Of a DNA stretch of 64,000 nucleotides, positions 43,388 to 56,654 are shown in pieces. The number at the start of each line of letters is the position of its first letter. Position 1 is the first letter of the stretch. The notes below the pieces were generated by a model. That model saw nothing but the letters and a program-made list of their open reading frames with translations. It was not told where the DNA came from and did no database searches. Location of the stretch: assembly GCA_963788685.1 (NCBI GenBank), contig CAWBHP010000011.1, positions 449,350 through 513,349 of the forward strand, in the 5' to 3' direction. Position numbers and translations under genes: made by a program. The DNA is from an uncultured Chloroflexia bacterium (lineage in GTDB: Bacteria > Chloroflexota > Limnocylindria > Limnocylindrales > CSP1-4).

Positions 43388-44527
43388 TTATCGGGCGAAC
43401 CGCCCGGCCCGGAACGGTTCGATCGGCAGGGAAGGTCGCGTACCGGTCGCGAGGTCCGCCAGGATCTCGCCGACCACCGGGGCGAACTTGAAACCGTGGC
43501 CGGAGCAGGCCGAGGCGAACGCAACGCCGGGGACGGCAGGGTGGACGTCGATCACGAAGTTGGAGTCCGGGGTGTTCGTGTAGAGACAGACCATCGCCTC
43601 GCGCAGCGGTCCGTTCGCCGCGCGGCATGGTGCGGCGCATGAAGGCCCGGACGCGCTCGATGTCGGCCGGGTGCTCCGACCGGTCGACCTGATCCGGATC
43701 GACCACCTCGCCCGAGTGATGCCGTGACACCTTCAGTCCGGCGGCTGTGTCGTAGGGAAAGCCGTAGAAGATGCCCTCGGGGCCCGTGTCCATGATCCAC
43801 ATCGGCAGCCGGCCGACGGCGACGTCCGCCGCCGGGACCTCGGGCTCGAACCAGAACACGGGCATCCGTTCGACCTCGAGCGGCAGGCGAAGGTCGGGCA
43901 CGAAGTAGCCGGTCCAGGCACCGGCGGCGATGACGAGATGATCCGCGCCGTGGACGCCTGCGTCGGTTTCGACCTCCAGGCCGATCCGCCTGAAGCTGGC
44001 CGCCAGTCGGTCGCCCGCTCACCGAACCGAAGTACGGCGCCGGCCTGCGCCGCGAGCCGGAGCTGGGCGTCGATCGCTCGCTCCGGCCGGATCATCCCGG
44101 CGCCGGGGTCGAACAGACCGCCGATGTCGTCGGCCGGGGCAAAGATCGGCCAGCGACGGCGGATCTCCGCGGCGTCGAGAACGTCGTGGGCCAGTCCCTG
44201 CTCCCGCGCGCTCGCCACGGATCCCCGGAACACGACGCTCTCGGTGGGGCCAGCGTAGAGCCCGCCCGTCACCTCGACGAGCGGTTCGCCCGCGGCCGCG
44301 CCCAAGGCGTCCCAGGCATTCCACGCGGCGGCGAGCAGCGGCAGGTAGGCCGGATCCTCGAAGTACGCCCGGCGGATCATCCGGGATCGGCCGCCGGACG
44401 ACCCGAGTCCGTGCCCGCGCTCCCCCGCCTCGAGCCCGACGACATTCAGCCCGCGGCGGGCCAGCGCGAGCGCCGCGGCGCTGCCGTGGGCGCCCAGCCC
44501 GATGACGATCGCATCGAAGCGCTGCAT
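43388..44527 (-). CDS. FAD-dependent oxidoreductase of the monomeric sarcosine / N-methyl-L-tryptophan oxidase family; about 3 frame breaks
   Basis: MQRFDAIVIGLGAHGSAAALALARRG (dinucleotide fold) and ACSGHGFKFAPVVGEILADL (covalent-FAD Cys motif). ORFs 43733..44527, 43212..43901 and 43388..43594 join near 43960, 43900 and 43600. Confidence 0.75.
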
Positions 44528-44543
44528 CGTCGACGCGTCTCCG

Positions 44544-45956
44544 TCAGGCCCGCGCGGCCGCCAGTCGATCGAGGATCAGCTGCTTGACGCCCTCGAGCGG
44601 CACCCGTTCCTGCGTCATCGAGTCACGGTCGCGGATCGTCACCGCCCCGTCTTCGAGCGAATCGACGTCGACTGTTACGCACCACGGCGTCCCGATCTCG
44701 TCCTGGCGCCGGTAGAGCTTGCCGATCGCGGCGGTATCGTCGTAGACCGCCATGACGTCCGTCGCGAGGTCGGCCCGCAGCCGACGGCAGATCTCGACGA
44801 TCTCCGGCCGCTTCTTCAGCAGTGGCAGCACAGCGACCTTGTACGGGGCGAGATCCGCGTTCAACCCGAGAACGACGCGCTTCTCGCCCCGGACCTCTTC
44901 CTCGCGGTAAGCGTCGATGAGGAACGTGAACGCCGCGCGATCCGGTCCACCGGCGGTTTCGACGATGTACGGGACGAAGTGCTCCTCGGTCGCCGGGTCG
45001 AAATACTCGAGGTTCTCGCCCGAGACCTCGGCGTGGCGGGAGAGGTCAAAGTCGCCCCGGTTGTGGATCCCCTCAAGCTCCTTCCAGCCGAACGGGAAGC
45101 GGTACTCGACGTCGACTGCCTTCTTCGCGTAGTGGGCCAGCTCGTCGGGCGCGTGCTCGCGGAACCTGAGTCGCTCCGGCGTGACGCCGTACCTGACATA
45201 CCAGTCCCAGCGGCGCGGGAGCCACTCCTCGAAGATCCGCGCGGCTTCGTCCGGCCGGACGAAGTACTGCATCTCCATCTGCTCGAACTCGCGCATCCGG
45301 AAGACGAAGTTGCCCGGACTGATCTCGTTCCGGAACGACTTGCCGACCTGGGCAATCCCGAACGGGATCTTCTTGCGCGAGCTCTGCTGGACGTTCTTGA
45401 AGTTGACGTACGAGCCCTGGGCGGTCTCCGGCCGGAGATAGATGATCGACGACTCGTCCTGGACCGGTCCCATGTGGGTCTCGAACATCAGGTTGAAGCG
45501 GCGCGGCGCGGAGAGCGGCCCCGCGTCGTTCGGGCAGACGAGCTTGAACCGTTCGATGACGGTCGGGTCGGTCAGATCGGACGCCGTGAGCAATTCGGCT
45601 CCGGGCAGCTCATCGAGCCGATAGCGGCGATGACAGGTCGCGCACTCGACGAGGGGGTCGCTGAAGGAGCCAACGTGTCCGGACGTGACCCAGACCTGGG
45701 GGTGCATGAGGATCCCGGCATCGAGCCCGACGATGTCCTCGCGCTCCTGGACCATCGATCGCCACCATGCCCGCTTGACGTTGTTCTTCAGCTCGACCCC
45801 GAGCGGGCCGTAATCCCAGACGGCGTTGATGCCGCCGTAGATCTCGGAGGACGGGAAGACGAAGCCTCGGCGCTTCGACAAGGAGACGATCGTTTCGAGG
45901 TTGTCGACGGCGGGCGCGACGGCATCCGGATCGGTCGCGGTGGGGGTGTCGGTCAC
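44544..45956 (-). CDS. glyQS: Glycine--tRNA ligase (class II, homodimeric type)
   Basis: Intact 470-aa ORF with [43 protein letters not shown] and [25 protein letters not shown] (motif 2). GGAG 8 nt before the GTG at 45956. Confidence 0.92.
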   Translation of the reverse strand: MTDTPTATDPDAVAPAVDNLETIVSLSKRRGFVFPSSEIYGGINAVWDYGPLGVELKNNVKRAWWRSMVQEREDIVGLDAGILMHPQVWVTSGHVGSFSDPLVECATCHRRYRLDELPGAELLTASDLTDPTVIERFKLVCPNDAGPLSAPRRFNLMFETHMGPVQDESSIIYLRPETAQGSYVNFKNVQQSSRKKIPFGIAQVGKSFRNEISPGNFVFRMREFEQMEMQYFVRPDEAARIFEEWLPRRWDWYVRYGVTPERLRFREHAPDELAHYAKKAVDVEYRFPFGWKELEGIHNRGDFDLSRHAEVSGENLEYFDPATEEHFVPYIVETAGGPDRAAFTFLIDAYREEEVRGEKRVVLGLNADLAPYKVAVLPLLKKRPEIVEICRRLRADLATDVMAVYDDTAAIGKLYRRQDEIGTPWCVTVDVDSLEDGAVTIRDRDSMTQERVPLEGVKQLILDRLAAARA

Positions 45957-46104
45957 GAGGGGCTCCAGTAGAGCGACCGGCCGTGGCAGGGACAGTCGCA
46001 GAGATCGGTGGAGTCGCGATGCTAGCAGACGACCCGGATGGACTATTCAGCGGGATCGGAGGACGATCTCGCAACAGTTCGGCCGCTCGAGGGTCATCAA
46101 GAGG

Positions 46105-46597
46105 ATGAGCAAGAACAAAGCGACCGCTGGGCCGATCGCACGTCGGGCGTTCGACCTCGTCCGGCGACTTCCGTTGCCCATCCAGGACGACAATCTTCGA
46201 CGCCATCGAGCGGTTCGCCCTGTTCTTGATGTTGATCCTCGTGTTCCCGGTGATCATCGCGGTCTTCGTCGCCGTCACCCTCATCTACGCCCTCCTGAAC
46301 TGGGCGCTCGGGGCGCCAACCGGCTTCCTCGGCGCCGTCCTCGCCTATGCCTGGCTGGGGGCATTCGTGACCCTGCCCGTGATCATCATGGTTCGGCTAT
46401 GGCGGGCGATGCCGATCCTCGTCCGGCTCCGGAAGCTCGCGATCGATGGGCTCGATCGCGATTACGAGTCTCTGGCACCGGCCCAACCGTCCAACACGAC
46501 CGTTCCACTGTCCGTCCAGGAGCGGATCGCGATCGCGGATGCGAGCCTGGAGGCGGGCAATGACGACGCGTCCCGACCGGTCAGACCCCCGCCCTGA
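46105..46597 (+). CDS. Small membrane protein (hypothetical); probable frame break near 46190
   Basis: ORF 46226..46597 has two TM helices (MLILVFPVIIAVFVAVTLIYALL, FLGAVLAYAWLGAFVTLPVIIMV). Its frame reads ...IFDAIERFALFLMLILV upstream without a start. MSKNKATAGPIARRAFDLVRRLPLPIQDDN (ATG 46105) is one frame away. Confidence 0.45.
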
Positions 46598-47344
46598 CCT
46601 CGTCCAGGAACGCGAGCGAGCGCGCCTGGCGCTCGAGCGCGTTGCCGATGAACTCGCGCATCGCGGCCTCGACCTCGCGTTCGGTCGTCTCGGCGAGACG
46701 GAGAGCGGCGATCGCCTCGATATCGAGTCGCTGGTAGGCCTTGAGGAGCTTCAGGCCGTCGAGTGAGAGGCCGGTTCGCTCGTAGGAGGGTCCGGGGCAT
46801 CGATCGCAGACGACCCCGCCGAGATGGGGAACCCAGCGGTGGCGCTCGCCGGCCTCGAGCACCCGGTCGCACTCCGCACAGCGGTCCACCTCGGGCCGGA
46901 CGCCGAGCTCGTCGGCGAGGTGCATCTCGTACCAGCGGGCGACCCGTCCGGGCGCCATCCCCGCATCGAGGAGTCCGTAGGCCCGCTTGAGCAGCGTGTA
47001 GAGCGGCTCTGCCGCGGTGCGCTCCTCGAGCGACCGATCGGCGAGCTCGGCGAGATACCAGGCGGTCGCCGCGCTCTCGAGCGAATCGCGGAGGTTGAGC
47101 CAGGCATGGTCGACGACGACCTGCGTGACGACCTCGAAGGTTCGGCCGCGGGCCAACGCCACCTGGAGCTCGGCAAACGGTTCGAGGCTGCCACCAATCC
47201 GCGACGTCGGCCGGCGGATTCCCTTGGCGATGACCTTGATCTTGCCCCAGGCCGGCGTGATGAGCGTCAGGATCCGATCGGCCTCACCGAAGTCGAACCG
47301 GGAGAGGACGATGGCCTCGGTGGTGTAACGACGGGGGATCGGCA
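46581..47344 (-). CDS. recO: DNA repair protein RecO
   Basis: ...TEAIVLSRFDFGEADRILTLITPAWGKIKVIAKGIRR... (OB fold) and Zn finger CAECDRV...VCDRC. Start taken at the GTG at 47344 (VPIPRRYTTEAIVL). Confidence 0.85.
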
Positions 47345-47583
47345 CGATCGCACGGTAGCACCCGCACACGCCGGCCGCCGGTGGCGAAAAATCGCGCGGC
47401 CGGCGAGTGATCCAATCGGCGGATTCATGCGAATAGCCGGATAGGCGCCGGTGCGGTCGCGTCCCCCGGGCCGGCGCCAGTCCCCACCGCGGCACAGCAC
47501 TGATTGCGATCGCCTCTCCCTTCCGACGAACAGGCTACCAGCGGCTCGCATGTTTGTCGGAATGCGGCTACACTGGCGCCACG

Positions 47584-48611
47584 ATGGCTACCGTGTCGCG
47601 CGAGTTCGACCTCGACACCCTGATCGCCGACACCGAGGCGGAGATCCTCCGGCTCGTCGGCGATCACGACGCCTCGACCGCGGGCGCCTACGAGATGATC
47701 CGCTACCACCTCGGGCTCGATCGCGATGGGGCGCCGGCCGGCAAGCGGATGCGACCGCTCCTGGGCCTGCTCGCCTACGCCTCGATCGCCGGCGACCACG
47801 CCGCCGCCCTGCCCGGGGCCGCCGCCGTCGAGCTCGGGCACAACTTCAGCCTCGTCCACGACGACATCGAGGACGGCGATCGCGAGCGCCGCCACCGCCC
47901 GACGCTCTGGGCCCTCCACGGCGTCGCCCAGGCGATCAACACCGGGCGACATGCTGTTCAGCCTGAGTCGGGTGGCGCTCCACCGCCTGTCGGACCTCGG
48001 CTTCAGCGACGCGAAGGTCCTGCGCCTGATGCGCCTCTACGACGAGACCTGCGTCGCCCTGTGCGAGGGCCAGTACATCGACATCGCCACGAGCGAGTCG
48101 AACGACGCTCATGTCGGTCGAGCTCTACTTCGACATGATCGGCCGCAAGACCGCGGCGCTCATCGCCGCCTCCGTCGAGGCCGGCGCGCTCCTGGCGACG
48201 GACGACGACGAGGTGATCGCCCGCTACCGGGCCTTTGGCTGGGCGCTGGGGCTGGCATTCCAGCTGAACGATGACCTCCTCGGCATCTGGGGCGCCGAGC
48301 AGGCGACCGGCAAGGAGCCGACCGACATCGCCCGCCACAAGAAGACCTGCCGGTGATCTACGCCTTCGAGCACGCCGGGCCGGAGGATCGTGACCGCCTC
48401 GCGGAGCTCTACGCGAAAGGCCGATCAGACGCGCGACGACGTCGGCGAGATCATCGCGATCCTGGAGCGGAGCGGCGCCCACGACTTCACTCGCAACGAG
48501 GCTCGCCGCTACCGCGACGAGGCCCTTGCCGAGCTGGATGCCGCGGGCGTCGTCGATGCGCGGGCCCGTCAGAAACTCGAGCAGATCATCGTTTCGGTGA
48601 TCAGCGCCTGA
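47584..48611 (+). CDS. Polyprenyl (geranylgeranyl/farnesyl) diphosphate synthase family protein; about 4 frame breaks
   Basis: First Asp-rich motif LVHDDIEDGDRERRHRPT and second FQLNDDLLGIWG. The segments lie in ORFs 47554.., 47726.., 48111.., 48353.. and 48390..48611. Confidence 0.8.
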
Positions 48612-48654
48612 AGCCGACGCACCACGCCCGCTCGGTTGACTCGTCTCCGGTGGC

Positions 48655-50532
<1,878 letters not shown>

Positions 50533-50536
<4 letters not shown>

Positions 50537-51975
50537 GAGCCGGCGGCGTCCGGCTGGGCGTCCTCGGTGTGGGGCGCGTCGTCCGTTTTGTCACCGGGTT
50601 TTCCGCGCGGCTCGCGGATCCGGGCGGGTATCCCGACCGCGAGCTTGCCCGCCGGAACGTCGCTGCGTCACGACCGCGCCGGCACCGGTGCGGCTGTCGT
50701 CGCCGAGCGTCACCGGCGCCCGGAGCATCGTGTCGACGCCGAGAAAGACGCGTTCGCCGATCGTCGTCCGGTGCTTCGACGTCCCGTCGTAGTTCGCGGT
50801 GATCGTCCCGGCGCCGACGTTTGTGCCCGCCCCGAGATCGGCGTCGCCGAGATAGCTGACGTGGTGCTGCTTCACGCCCGGCCCGAGGCGGGTGTTCTTC
50901 AGCTCGGCAAAGTTGCCGACCTCAGCGCCCTGGCCGACGATCGATCCGGGCCGCAGGTGGGCGAACGGACCGACCGTCGCCCGATCCTCGATGATCGACT
51001 TCTCGATGACGCTCGCCCAGACGAGGCAGCCCTCACCGACCGTGCTGTCGATGATCTGGCTGCCCGCGCCGATCGTGCTCCCCCGCCCGACGGACGTGCG
51101 GCCGCGGAGGATGACGTTCGGCTCGAGCGTCACGTCCTCCGAGAGGCTGACGCGTGGCGTCGAGGTAGACCGTCGAGGGGTCGCGCATCGTGACCCCGGC
51201 CTGCATGTGGGCCGCGTTGATCCGCGTCCGGAGGTCCCACTCGGCCTGGGCCAGCTCGGCGCGGTCGTTGATCCCGAGCAGCCGGCCGTCATCCTCGACC
51301 GTCATGCCCGACGACGAGGCGGCCATCCTCGCGAGCGAGCTCGACGAGCTCGGTCAGGTAGAGCTCGCCGGTCTTGGGCGACGGTTTGAGCGAGCCGATC
51401 CGCCCCCGCAGCCAGGCCGCGTCGAAGGCGTAGAGCCCGGAGTTGACCTCGTTGACCGCCACCTCCTCGTCGGTCGCGTCCTTGCGCTCGACGATTCGGT
51501 CGACCGTGCCGGCTTCGTCGCGGATGACCCGGCCGAGATTGCCCGGCTCGATCGCGTCGACCGCCACGAGGGCGATCGCGGCCTCGTCGAGACGCCGTTC
51601 GTCGAGCAGCTCCGTCAGCAGGCCCGCTTCGAGCAGGGGCAGGTCGCCGATGAGGACGAGGACCTCCTCGACGCCGTCGGGGAGTGCCTCGATCGCGGCC
51701 CTGACGGCGTCGCCCGTGCCACGCGGTTCAGCCTGGAGGGCGTAGTCGACCTCGCCTCCGAGCGCGTCGCGGATCGCGGCGGTTGCGGGCGACGTAACCA
51801 CGATCGGGCGGCCGCCGGTCGCCTCGCGGGCGGCGTCCACGACGTAGGCGACCATCGGCCGGCCGCAAAGTTCGTGGAGCAGCTTCGGCGTCTGCGACTT
51901 CATGCGCGTGCCGAGGCCGGCGGCCAGGACGACCGCGGCCACTCCCGGGCGCTGGCCGGTACTTGGGGGTGTCAC
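50533..51975 (-). CDS. glmU: Bifunctional UDP-N-acetylglucosamine diphosphorylase / glucosamine-1-phosphate N-acetyltransferase; about 3 frame breaks
   Basis: [27 protein letters not shown] (NTP-transferase) and left-handed beta-helix hexapeptides (...[34 protein letters not shown]). Frames of ORFs 51289..52356, 51033..51326 and 50591..51292, then a final shift to ...[14 protein letters not shown].... The stop overlaps the next gene's ATG (ATGA at 50533-50536). The start is uncertain (GTG 51975 or ATG about 52012). Confidence 0.85.
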
Positions 51976-52211
51976 GAGGGGCGACGCCGGGGGGCGGGTG
52001 CAGCGGGCGGGCATGTGGCCCGGGCCCGTGCGGTGCCGGCGTGTGGGGTTTGGATGCATCTTCAGGGTCGCAGCATCGTAGCGCGGCTGTCGCGGTTTGG
52101 CACGCCAGCGCCGCGTTGGCCGTTCCGCTCCTCGCTCACGGGCGTTGGAGCCCACTCGCTCCGGTGCTCGCGGCCGCCTTGCGCTGACGCACCCTACCGC
52201 GACGAACGCAG

Positions 52212-52706
52212 TCACGCATGTTGGGGCTCCGCATTGGCCTCGGCGCGGGCGTGGAGGATCTGATCGGCGTGTTCGTGGCAGTGGGCCGAGTAGATCTCGA
52301 GCCAGCGCTCGACGCTGTATGGGCCCATCTCGGAATGGGTGCCCGTCCTCCCCCACTCCGCCTCCGTCAGGCCGACGAGGATCTGAGCCGTCGTCTGGCG
52401 GGCGCCGTCGATGGCGGCCAGGGCCGGTTCGATCGGCCGGTTGTCGTAGTGGAGCCGCCGGGCGAACTCGTCGCCGTCATAGCCGACGATCAGGGGATCG
52501 TCCTCGGCGACGAGCCGACGGAGCCGGATGGCCGACGTCATCTCGCTGTCCGCGGTGTGGTGGACGACCTCGCGCGCGGTCCAGCCGCCGTCGGCCGGGC
52601 GGGCATCGAGCTCAGAATCGGTGATGCCGGCGAGCGAGGCGCGGATGACCCCGGGACCGGCGACGTATGCCGCGACGAGGGCGGCTCGCGTGGTCGCGTC
52701 CATCAC
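52212..52706 (-). CDS. DinB-family (DinB_2) metal-dependent four-helix-bundle protein
   Basis: Intact 164-aa ORF with His triad context REVVHHTADSE..., ...IYSAHCHEHADQI. Confidence 0.7.
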   Translation of the reverse strand: MMDATTRAALVAAYVAGPGVIRASLAGITDSELDARPADGGWTAREVVHHTADSEMTSAIRLRRLVAEDDPLIVGYDGDEFARRLHYDNRPIEPALAAIDGARQTTAQILVGLTEAEWGRTGTHSEMGPYSVERWLEIYSAHCHEHADQILHARAEANAEPQHA

Positions 52707-53113
52707 GCCGATTGCCTGCCGGCGGAGTCGGCCTGGGGCCGCCGCGCGATCGCGTCGATCTCGACCAGGCCGCCCTTCGGGAGCGCAGCGACCTGGACGG
52801 TCGATCGTGCCGGCGGCGGATCCGGCATGAACCGGGCGTAGACCGCGTTGACCGCCGCGAAGTCGCCGATGTCGGCCAGGAAGATCGTCGTCTTCACGAC
52901 ATCATCGAACCCGAGACCTGCGGCATCGAGGACGGACTGGAGGTTGCGAAGGGCGCGTTCGGCCTGTGCCTCGACCCCTTCGACGAGCTCACCGCTCGCC
53001 GGCTCGAGCCCCAGCTGGCCGGAACAGAACACCATGTCGCCGCTCCGGATCGCCTGGCTGTAGGGGCCGATCGCGGCAGGCGCGCCGCCGGTCGAGATCG
53101 CCTGTCGGCTCAT
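52703..53113 (-). CDS. ridA: RidA/YjgF family reactive-intermediate deaminase
   Basis: Intact 136-aa ORF with APAAIGPYSQAIRSGDMVFCSGQLGL...VKTTIFLADIGDFAAVNAVY...PARSTVQVAALPKGGLVEIDAIA. Confidence 0.88.
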   Translation of the reverse strand: MSRQAISTGGAPAAIGPYSQAIRSGDMVFCSGQLGLEPASGELVEGVEAQAERALRNLQSVLDAAGLGFDDVVKTTIFLADIGDFAAVNAVYARFMPDPPPARSTVQVAALPKGGLVEIDAIARRPQADSAGRQSA

Positions 53114-54111
53114 TGCTCGCTGCTCCTCCCTGATTCGATCGTCGTCGCCGCGACGAACGGGGCTTCGTCGCCGGGGAACGCCAGCGTCCGCTCGGCAATG
53201 GCCGCGCGGACGGCCGATGCCGCCGTCTCGGCGTCGTCAAGCGAAGGATAGAGCGCCCAGAGCGTCGCGCCGGAGCCGGACAGCCCGATCGGCCGGCCGA
53301 GCAAGCGCGTCAATGCTCGCCGGAGGGGAACGAGGCCCGGCACCACTGCGGCGGCGGCCGGCAGCAGATCGTTGGCCGATGCGAGAACCGCGGCCCGCTC
53401 GAGGAACGCCCGAACGCTCAGTCCGGAGCCAAACTCGCTGGCGAAGTGTTCGGAGGTCCGCCGTGCGACGCCGGGCTCCGCCATCGCGCCGCCCGACCAG
53501 GCCGCGAACACGGCGGCGGTGTGGGCGGCAACGGCAGGCGTCACCAGCAGGACGCCCGGCGGCTGGGTGACCTCGCCCGGAGCGACCTTGACGCCGTGGA
53601 GCGGCGTGACCCGCTCGCCGCGCCCTTCGACGAGGGCGGCGCCGCTGCCGAGGAAGAACGGGACGTCACTCCCGAGGCCGGCGGCGAGCGCAAGGCGCTG
53701 TTGTGGGTCGAGCTCGGCGCCCCACGCCTCGAGCGCCCCACCCATGGCCGCGGCGGCGTCGCTCGACCCGCCGGCGAGCCCGGCGGCCACGGGAATCCGC
53801 TTGTCGAGGCGGATGGCGAGTGGCGGCGCGGCGTTGCCGACCGGCCGGCCGACGGCCCGCCGGGCAGCCGCGACCGCCTTGAGGACGAGGTTGTCCTCGG
53901 CCGGCCCCGCATCGAAGCCCGTTGCGTGGAGGCTGTCATCGCCGTCGGACTGGATGGCGAAGCTGAGCCGATCGGCCAGACCCAGCGGGACCATGACCGA
54001 ATGGAGGGCGTGGTAGCCGTCGGGTCGCCGGCCGACGATCGCGAGGGTCAGATTGAGCTTGGCCGGGGCGAGGCGGACCACGGGATTGAGGCGCCGCGCG
54101 GGATCGGTCAT
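53110..54111 (-). CDS. ispE: 4-(cytidine 5'-diphospho)-2-C-methyl-D-erythritol kinase
   Basis: APAKLNLTLAIVGRRPDGYHALHSVM, GHMP motif IPVAAGLAGGSSDAAA, and GLGSDVPFFL. ATG 54111 overlaps the rsmA stop. Confidence 0.88.
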   Translation of the reverse strand: MTDPARRLNPVVRLAPAKLNLTLAIVGRRPDGYHALHSVMVPLGLADRLSFAIQSDGDDSLHATGFDAGPAEDNLVLKAVAAARRAVGRPVGNAAPPLAIRLDKRIPVAAGLAGGSSDAAAAMGGALEAWGAELDPQQRLALAAGLGSDVPFFLGSGAALVEGRGERVTPLHGVKVAPGEVTQPPGVLLVTPAVAAHTAAVFAAWSGGAMAEPGVARRTSEHFASEFGSGLSVRAFLERAAVLASANDLLPAAAAVVPGLVPLRRALTRLLGRPIGLSGSGATLWALYPSLDDAETAASAVRAAIAERTLAFPGDEAPFVAATTIESGRSSEQ

Positions 54112-54995
54112 TCCCGGCGTCGCCCGCGCGTATCCGGCGCGATCTCCCCGAACGCCTCCAGCAGGGCGATCCATTCGCCGACGGCGAGGGTCTGCGGCCG
54201 CCGATCCGGCGCGATCGAGGCGGCCTCGAGGGCCGCCGTGACGCGGGCCGGCTCGACGGGGAGCTGTCGCGACAGGACGTTGTGGAGCATCTTCCGCCGC
54301 TCGCGGAAGCCGGCCTGGACGAGGCGCCAGAGGGCGTCCTCGGTGGCTGCGTCCGCCAGCCTGTCATCGCCGGGATAGGGTTCGACGACGATGACGGCGC
54401 TCTCGACGGCGGGCTCCGGCTCGAAGGCAGCGGCCGGAACGTTGAACGCGACCCGAACCTTGGCGTGGTACTGGACGAACACCGAGAGATAGCTCATCCG
54501 GCCCGGCGGCGCCGCGATCCGCTCGGCGACCTCGCGCTGGACCATGAGCACGAGCCGATCAGGCCGGGGCGTCTCGCCGAGCAGCCGGTGGAGGATCGGG
54601 CTCGTGATGTGGTAGGGCAGGTTCGCGACGACCTCGAAGGGCGGCGCCTCGAGGCGATTCAGCGGCTGGTCGAGCGCGTCACCCTCGATCAGCCGGAGGC
54701 GGCCCTCCGCCATCTCTGCGGCGAACCGGTCGCGGAGGAAGCCCGCGAGGCCCCGATCGAGCTCGACCGCCGTGACGGCAGCCCCGGCGTCGAGCAGGCC
54801 CGAGGTCAGGAAGCCCAGGCCCGGCCCGATCTCGACCACCCGGTCGCCCGGCGCCGCGTCCGCTTCGGCGATGATCGATTCGAGGATATCGACGTCGGCG
54901 AGGAAGTTCTGCGACATCGAATGCCGGGCCCGCAGCCCCGCCTCGCGCAGGGTCCGCCGCACGGCGGCCGGATCGATCCTGGGGGCGGTCGTCAC
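54108..54995 (-). CDS. rsmA: 16S rRNA (adenine1518/1519-N6)-dimethyltransferase
   Basis: Intact ORF with HSMSQNFLADVDILESII and SAM site VVEIGPGLGFLTSGL...VTAVELD. GTG at 54995. Confidence 0.9.
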   Translation of the reverse strand: MTTAPRIDPAAVRRTLREAGLRARHSMSQNFLADVDILESIIAEADAAPGDRVVEIGPGLGFLTSGLLDAGAAVTAVELDRGLAGFLRDRFAAEMAEGRLRLIEGDALDQPLNRLEAPPFEVVANLPYHITSPILHRLLGETPRPDRLVLMVQREVAERIAAPPGRMSYLSVFVQYHAKVRVAFNVPAAAFEPEPAVESAVIVVEPYPGDDRLADAATEDALWRLVQAGFRERRKMLHNVLSRQLPVEPARVTAALEAASIAPDRRPQTLAVGEWIALLEAFGEIAPDTRGRRRE

Positions 54996-55001
54996 CGCCC
55001 G

Positions 55002-56100
55002 TCACCTCGCCACGGGCTCTGGTCGGGCGAGAGGGAGCGAGGGTCGGGCGTCGAGATCGAGTCCGGCCAGGTCGCCCGCCTCGAGGCGCCACGCAGCAGC
55101 CGCCCCGATCATCGCCCCGTTGTCCGTGCACAGCCCCGGGCGGGGCACGTTCAGCCGCAGGTTCCGCGCCTCCGGCGTCGGCGGCGATCCGGGCCCGGAG
55201 CGCCGCGTTGGCCGCCACGCCGCCGCCGAGGACGATCGTCCGCGCGGCGACTTCCTCGGCCGCTCGGATCGTCTTCGTCGCGAGCACGTCGACGACCGAA
55301 TCCTGGAAGCCCCACGCGAGCTCTGCGATGACCGATTCCGGCAGCTGGGCGTCCGAGTCGCCGCTTGGCGCCCGAGTGACGGGCAACCCCGCGGCCACGC
55401 GCGCCTCGTCGACCGTGCGTCGCGCCGCCGTCTTGAGCCCGGAGAAGCTGAAGTCGTACGAATCGCCGAGCCACGCCCGCGGGAAGACCGCGTCGTGGCG
55501 GGTCGCGGCCTCCGCTGCCCGCTGGATCGCCGGGCCGCCGGGATAGGGCAGGCCCAGGAGGCGGCCGACCTTGTCGAACGCCTCGCCCGCCGCGTCGTCG
55601 ACCGTCTGGCCGAGGAGCCGGTACGTCAGGTGGTCGCGCATCTCGACGAGAAACGTGTGGCCGCCGGACACGATCAGGGCGACGAGGGGGAAGATCGGCG
55701 CCTCGCGTTCCGCCTCGCCGGGATCGAGCAGCCAGGCCGCGTACAGGTGTCCCTCGAGGTGATTGACGCCGACGAGCGGCTTGTCGTGGACGAACGCGAG
55801 CGTCTTGGCGAAATTGATCCCGACGAGGAGCGAGCCGGCGAGACCCGGTCCGTACGTGACCGCGACCGCGTCCACATCCGGGACGGAGATGCCGGCACCG
55901 GCGAGGGCCTCGTCGAGGACCGGGACGATCCAGCGAAGATGGGCGCGTGCGGCGACCTCGGGGACGATGCCGCCGGTCGCCGCGTGCAGCGCGGTCTGGC
56001 TGGCGACGACGTTGGAGTGGATTCGCCGGCCGCCCTCGACGACGGCGATCCCCGTTTCGTCGCACGACGATTCGACGGCCAGGATCAGCGGCCCGCTCAC
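55002..56100 (-). CDS. tsaD: tRNA N6-adenosine threonylcarbamoyltransferase; one frame break
   Basis: ILAVESSCDETGIAVV, VNHLEGHLYAAWL, LIVSGGHTFL and VLGGGVAANAALR are present. A break near 55165-55175 (extra G in GACGCCGGAGGCG) precedes ...NLRLNVPRPGLCTDNGAMIGAAAAW. The GTG overlaps the rimI stop. Confidence 0.88.
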
Positions 56101-56654
56101 CGCGGCTCCGCTTCGTCGGGACGGGTCGGTGCGGGCGCGGCGTCCAGCTCCGCTCGGAGGCGCTCGAGCCGCTCGCGGAAGCGGGGCTCGGAGAGCGGTT
56201 CCGTCGTCATGATCAGGGCGTCCTCGCCGTCGTCGCTGTAGTAGCGCGGCCGCAGGCCGACGGGGCGGAAGCCGTACTTCTCGTAGAGCCGCCGGGCGGC
56301 GATGTTCGACAGCCGCACCTCGAGGGTCGCCTCGCGGGCGTGGCGCCCGACGGCGAGATCGAGGAACGCGACGAGGAGCCGCTCGCCGATGCGCTGGCGG
56401 CGCCAGGCGGGATGAACCGCGAAGGTCGTGATGTGGGCCTCGTCGACCATGAGCCACATCCCGCCGTACGCCACGATCCGCTCGTCGACCCGGGCGACGA
56501 GGTAGTTCGCCAGGCGGTTCGTCTCGAGCTCGCTGCGGTACGCATTCGGGGGCCACGGCGCGCTGAAGCTGGCGAGCTCGATGAGGTGGACCGCGTCGAG
56601 GTCGTCGAGCCGCATCGCGTCGATCGTCAGCTTCACCGGGGGTCGCGCGACCAT
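56097..56654 (-). CDS. rimI: Ribosomal-protein-alanine N-acetyltransferase (GNAT)
   Basis: Tail of ORF 56097..59042 with LIELASFSAPWPPNAYRSEL, AVHPAWRRQRIGERLL (acetyl-CoA site) and RRLYEKYGF. ATG at 56654. Confidence 0.85.
   Translation of the reverse strand: MVARPPVKLTIDAMRLDDLDAVHLIELASFSAPWPPNAYRSELETNRLANYLVARVDERIVAYGGMWLMVDEAHITTFAVHPAWRRQRIGERLLVAFLDLAVGRHAREATLEVRLSNIAARRLYEKYGFRPVGLRPRYYSDDGEDALIMTTEPLSEPRFRERLERLRAELDAAPAPTRPDEAEPR

Noticed and set aside
45957-46104. T-box leader upstream of glyQS
   Set aside because: The gap is only about 148 nt and is shared with a divergent gene. I found no T-box core (…GGGTGGTACCGCG…) or specifier-loop architecture.
51976-52211. Possible tRNA or other small RNA gene in the 236-nt gap between glmU and the DinB-family gene, and a general tRNA/rRNA scan of all gaps
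   Set aside because: No GGTTCGAATCC-type T-loop, acceptor pairing or CCA context was found on either strand. No rRNA-like segments occur anywhere in the window.
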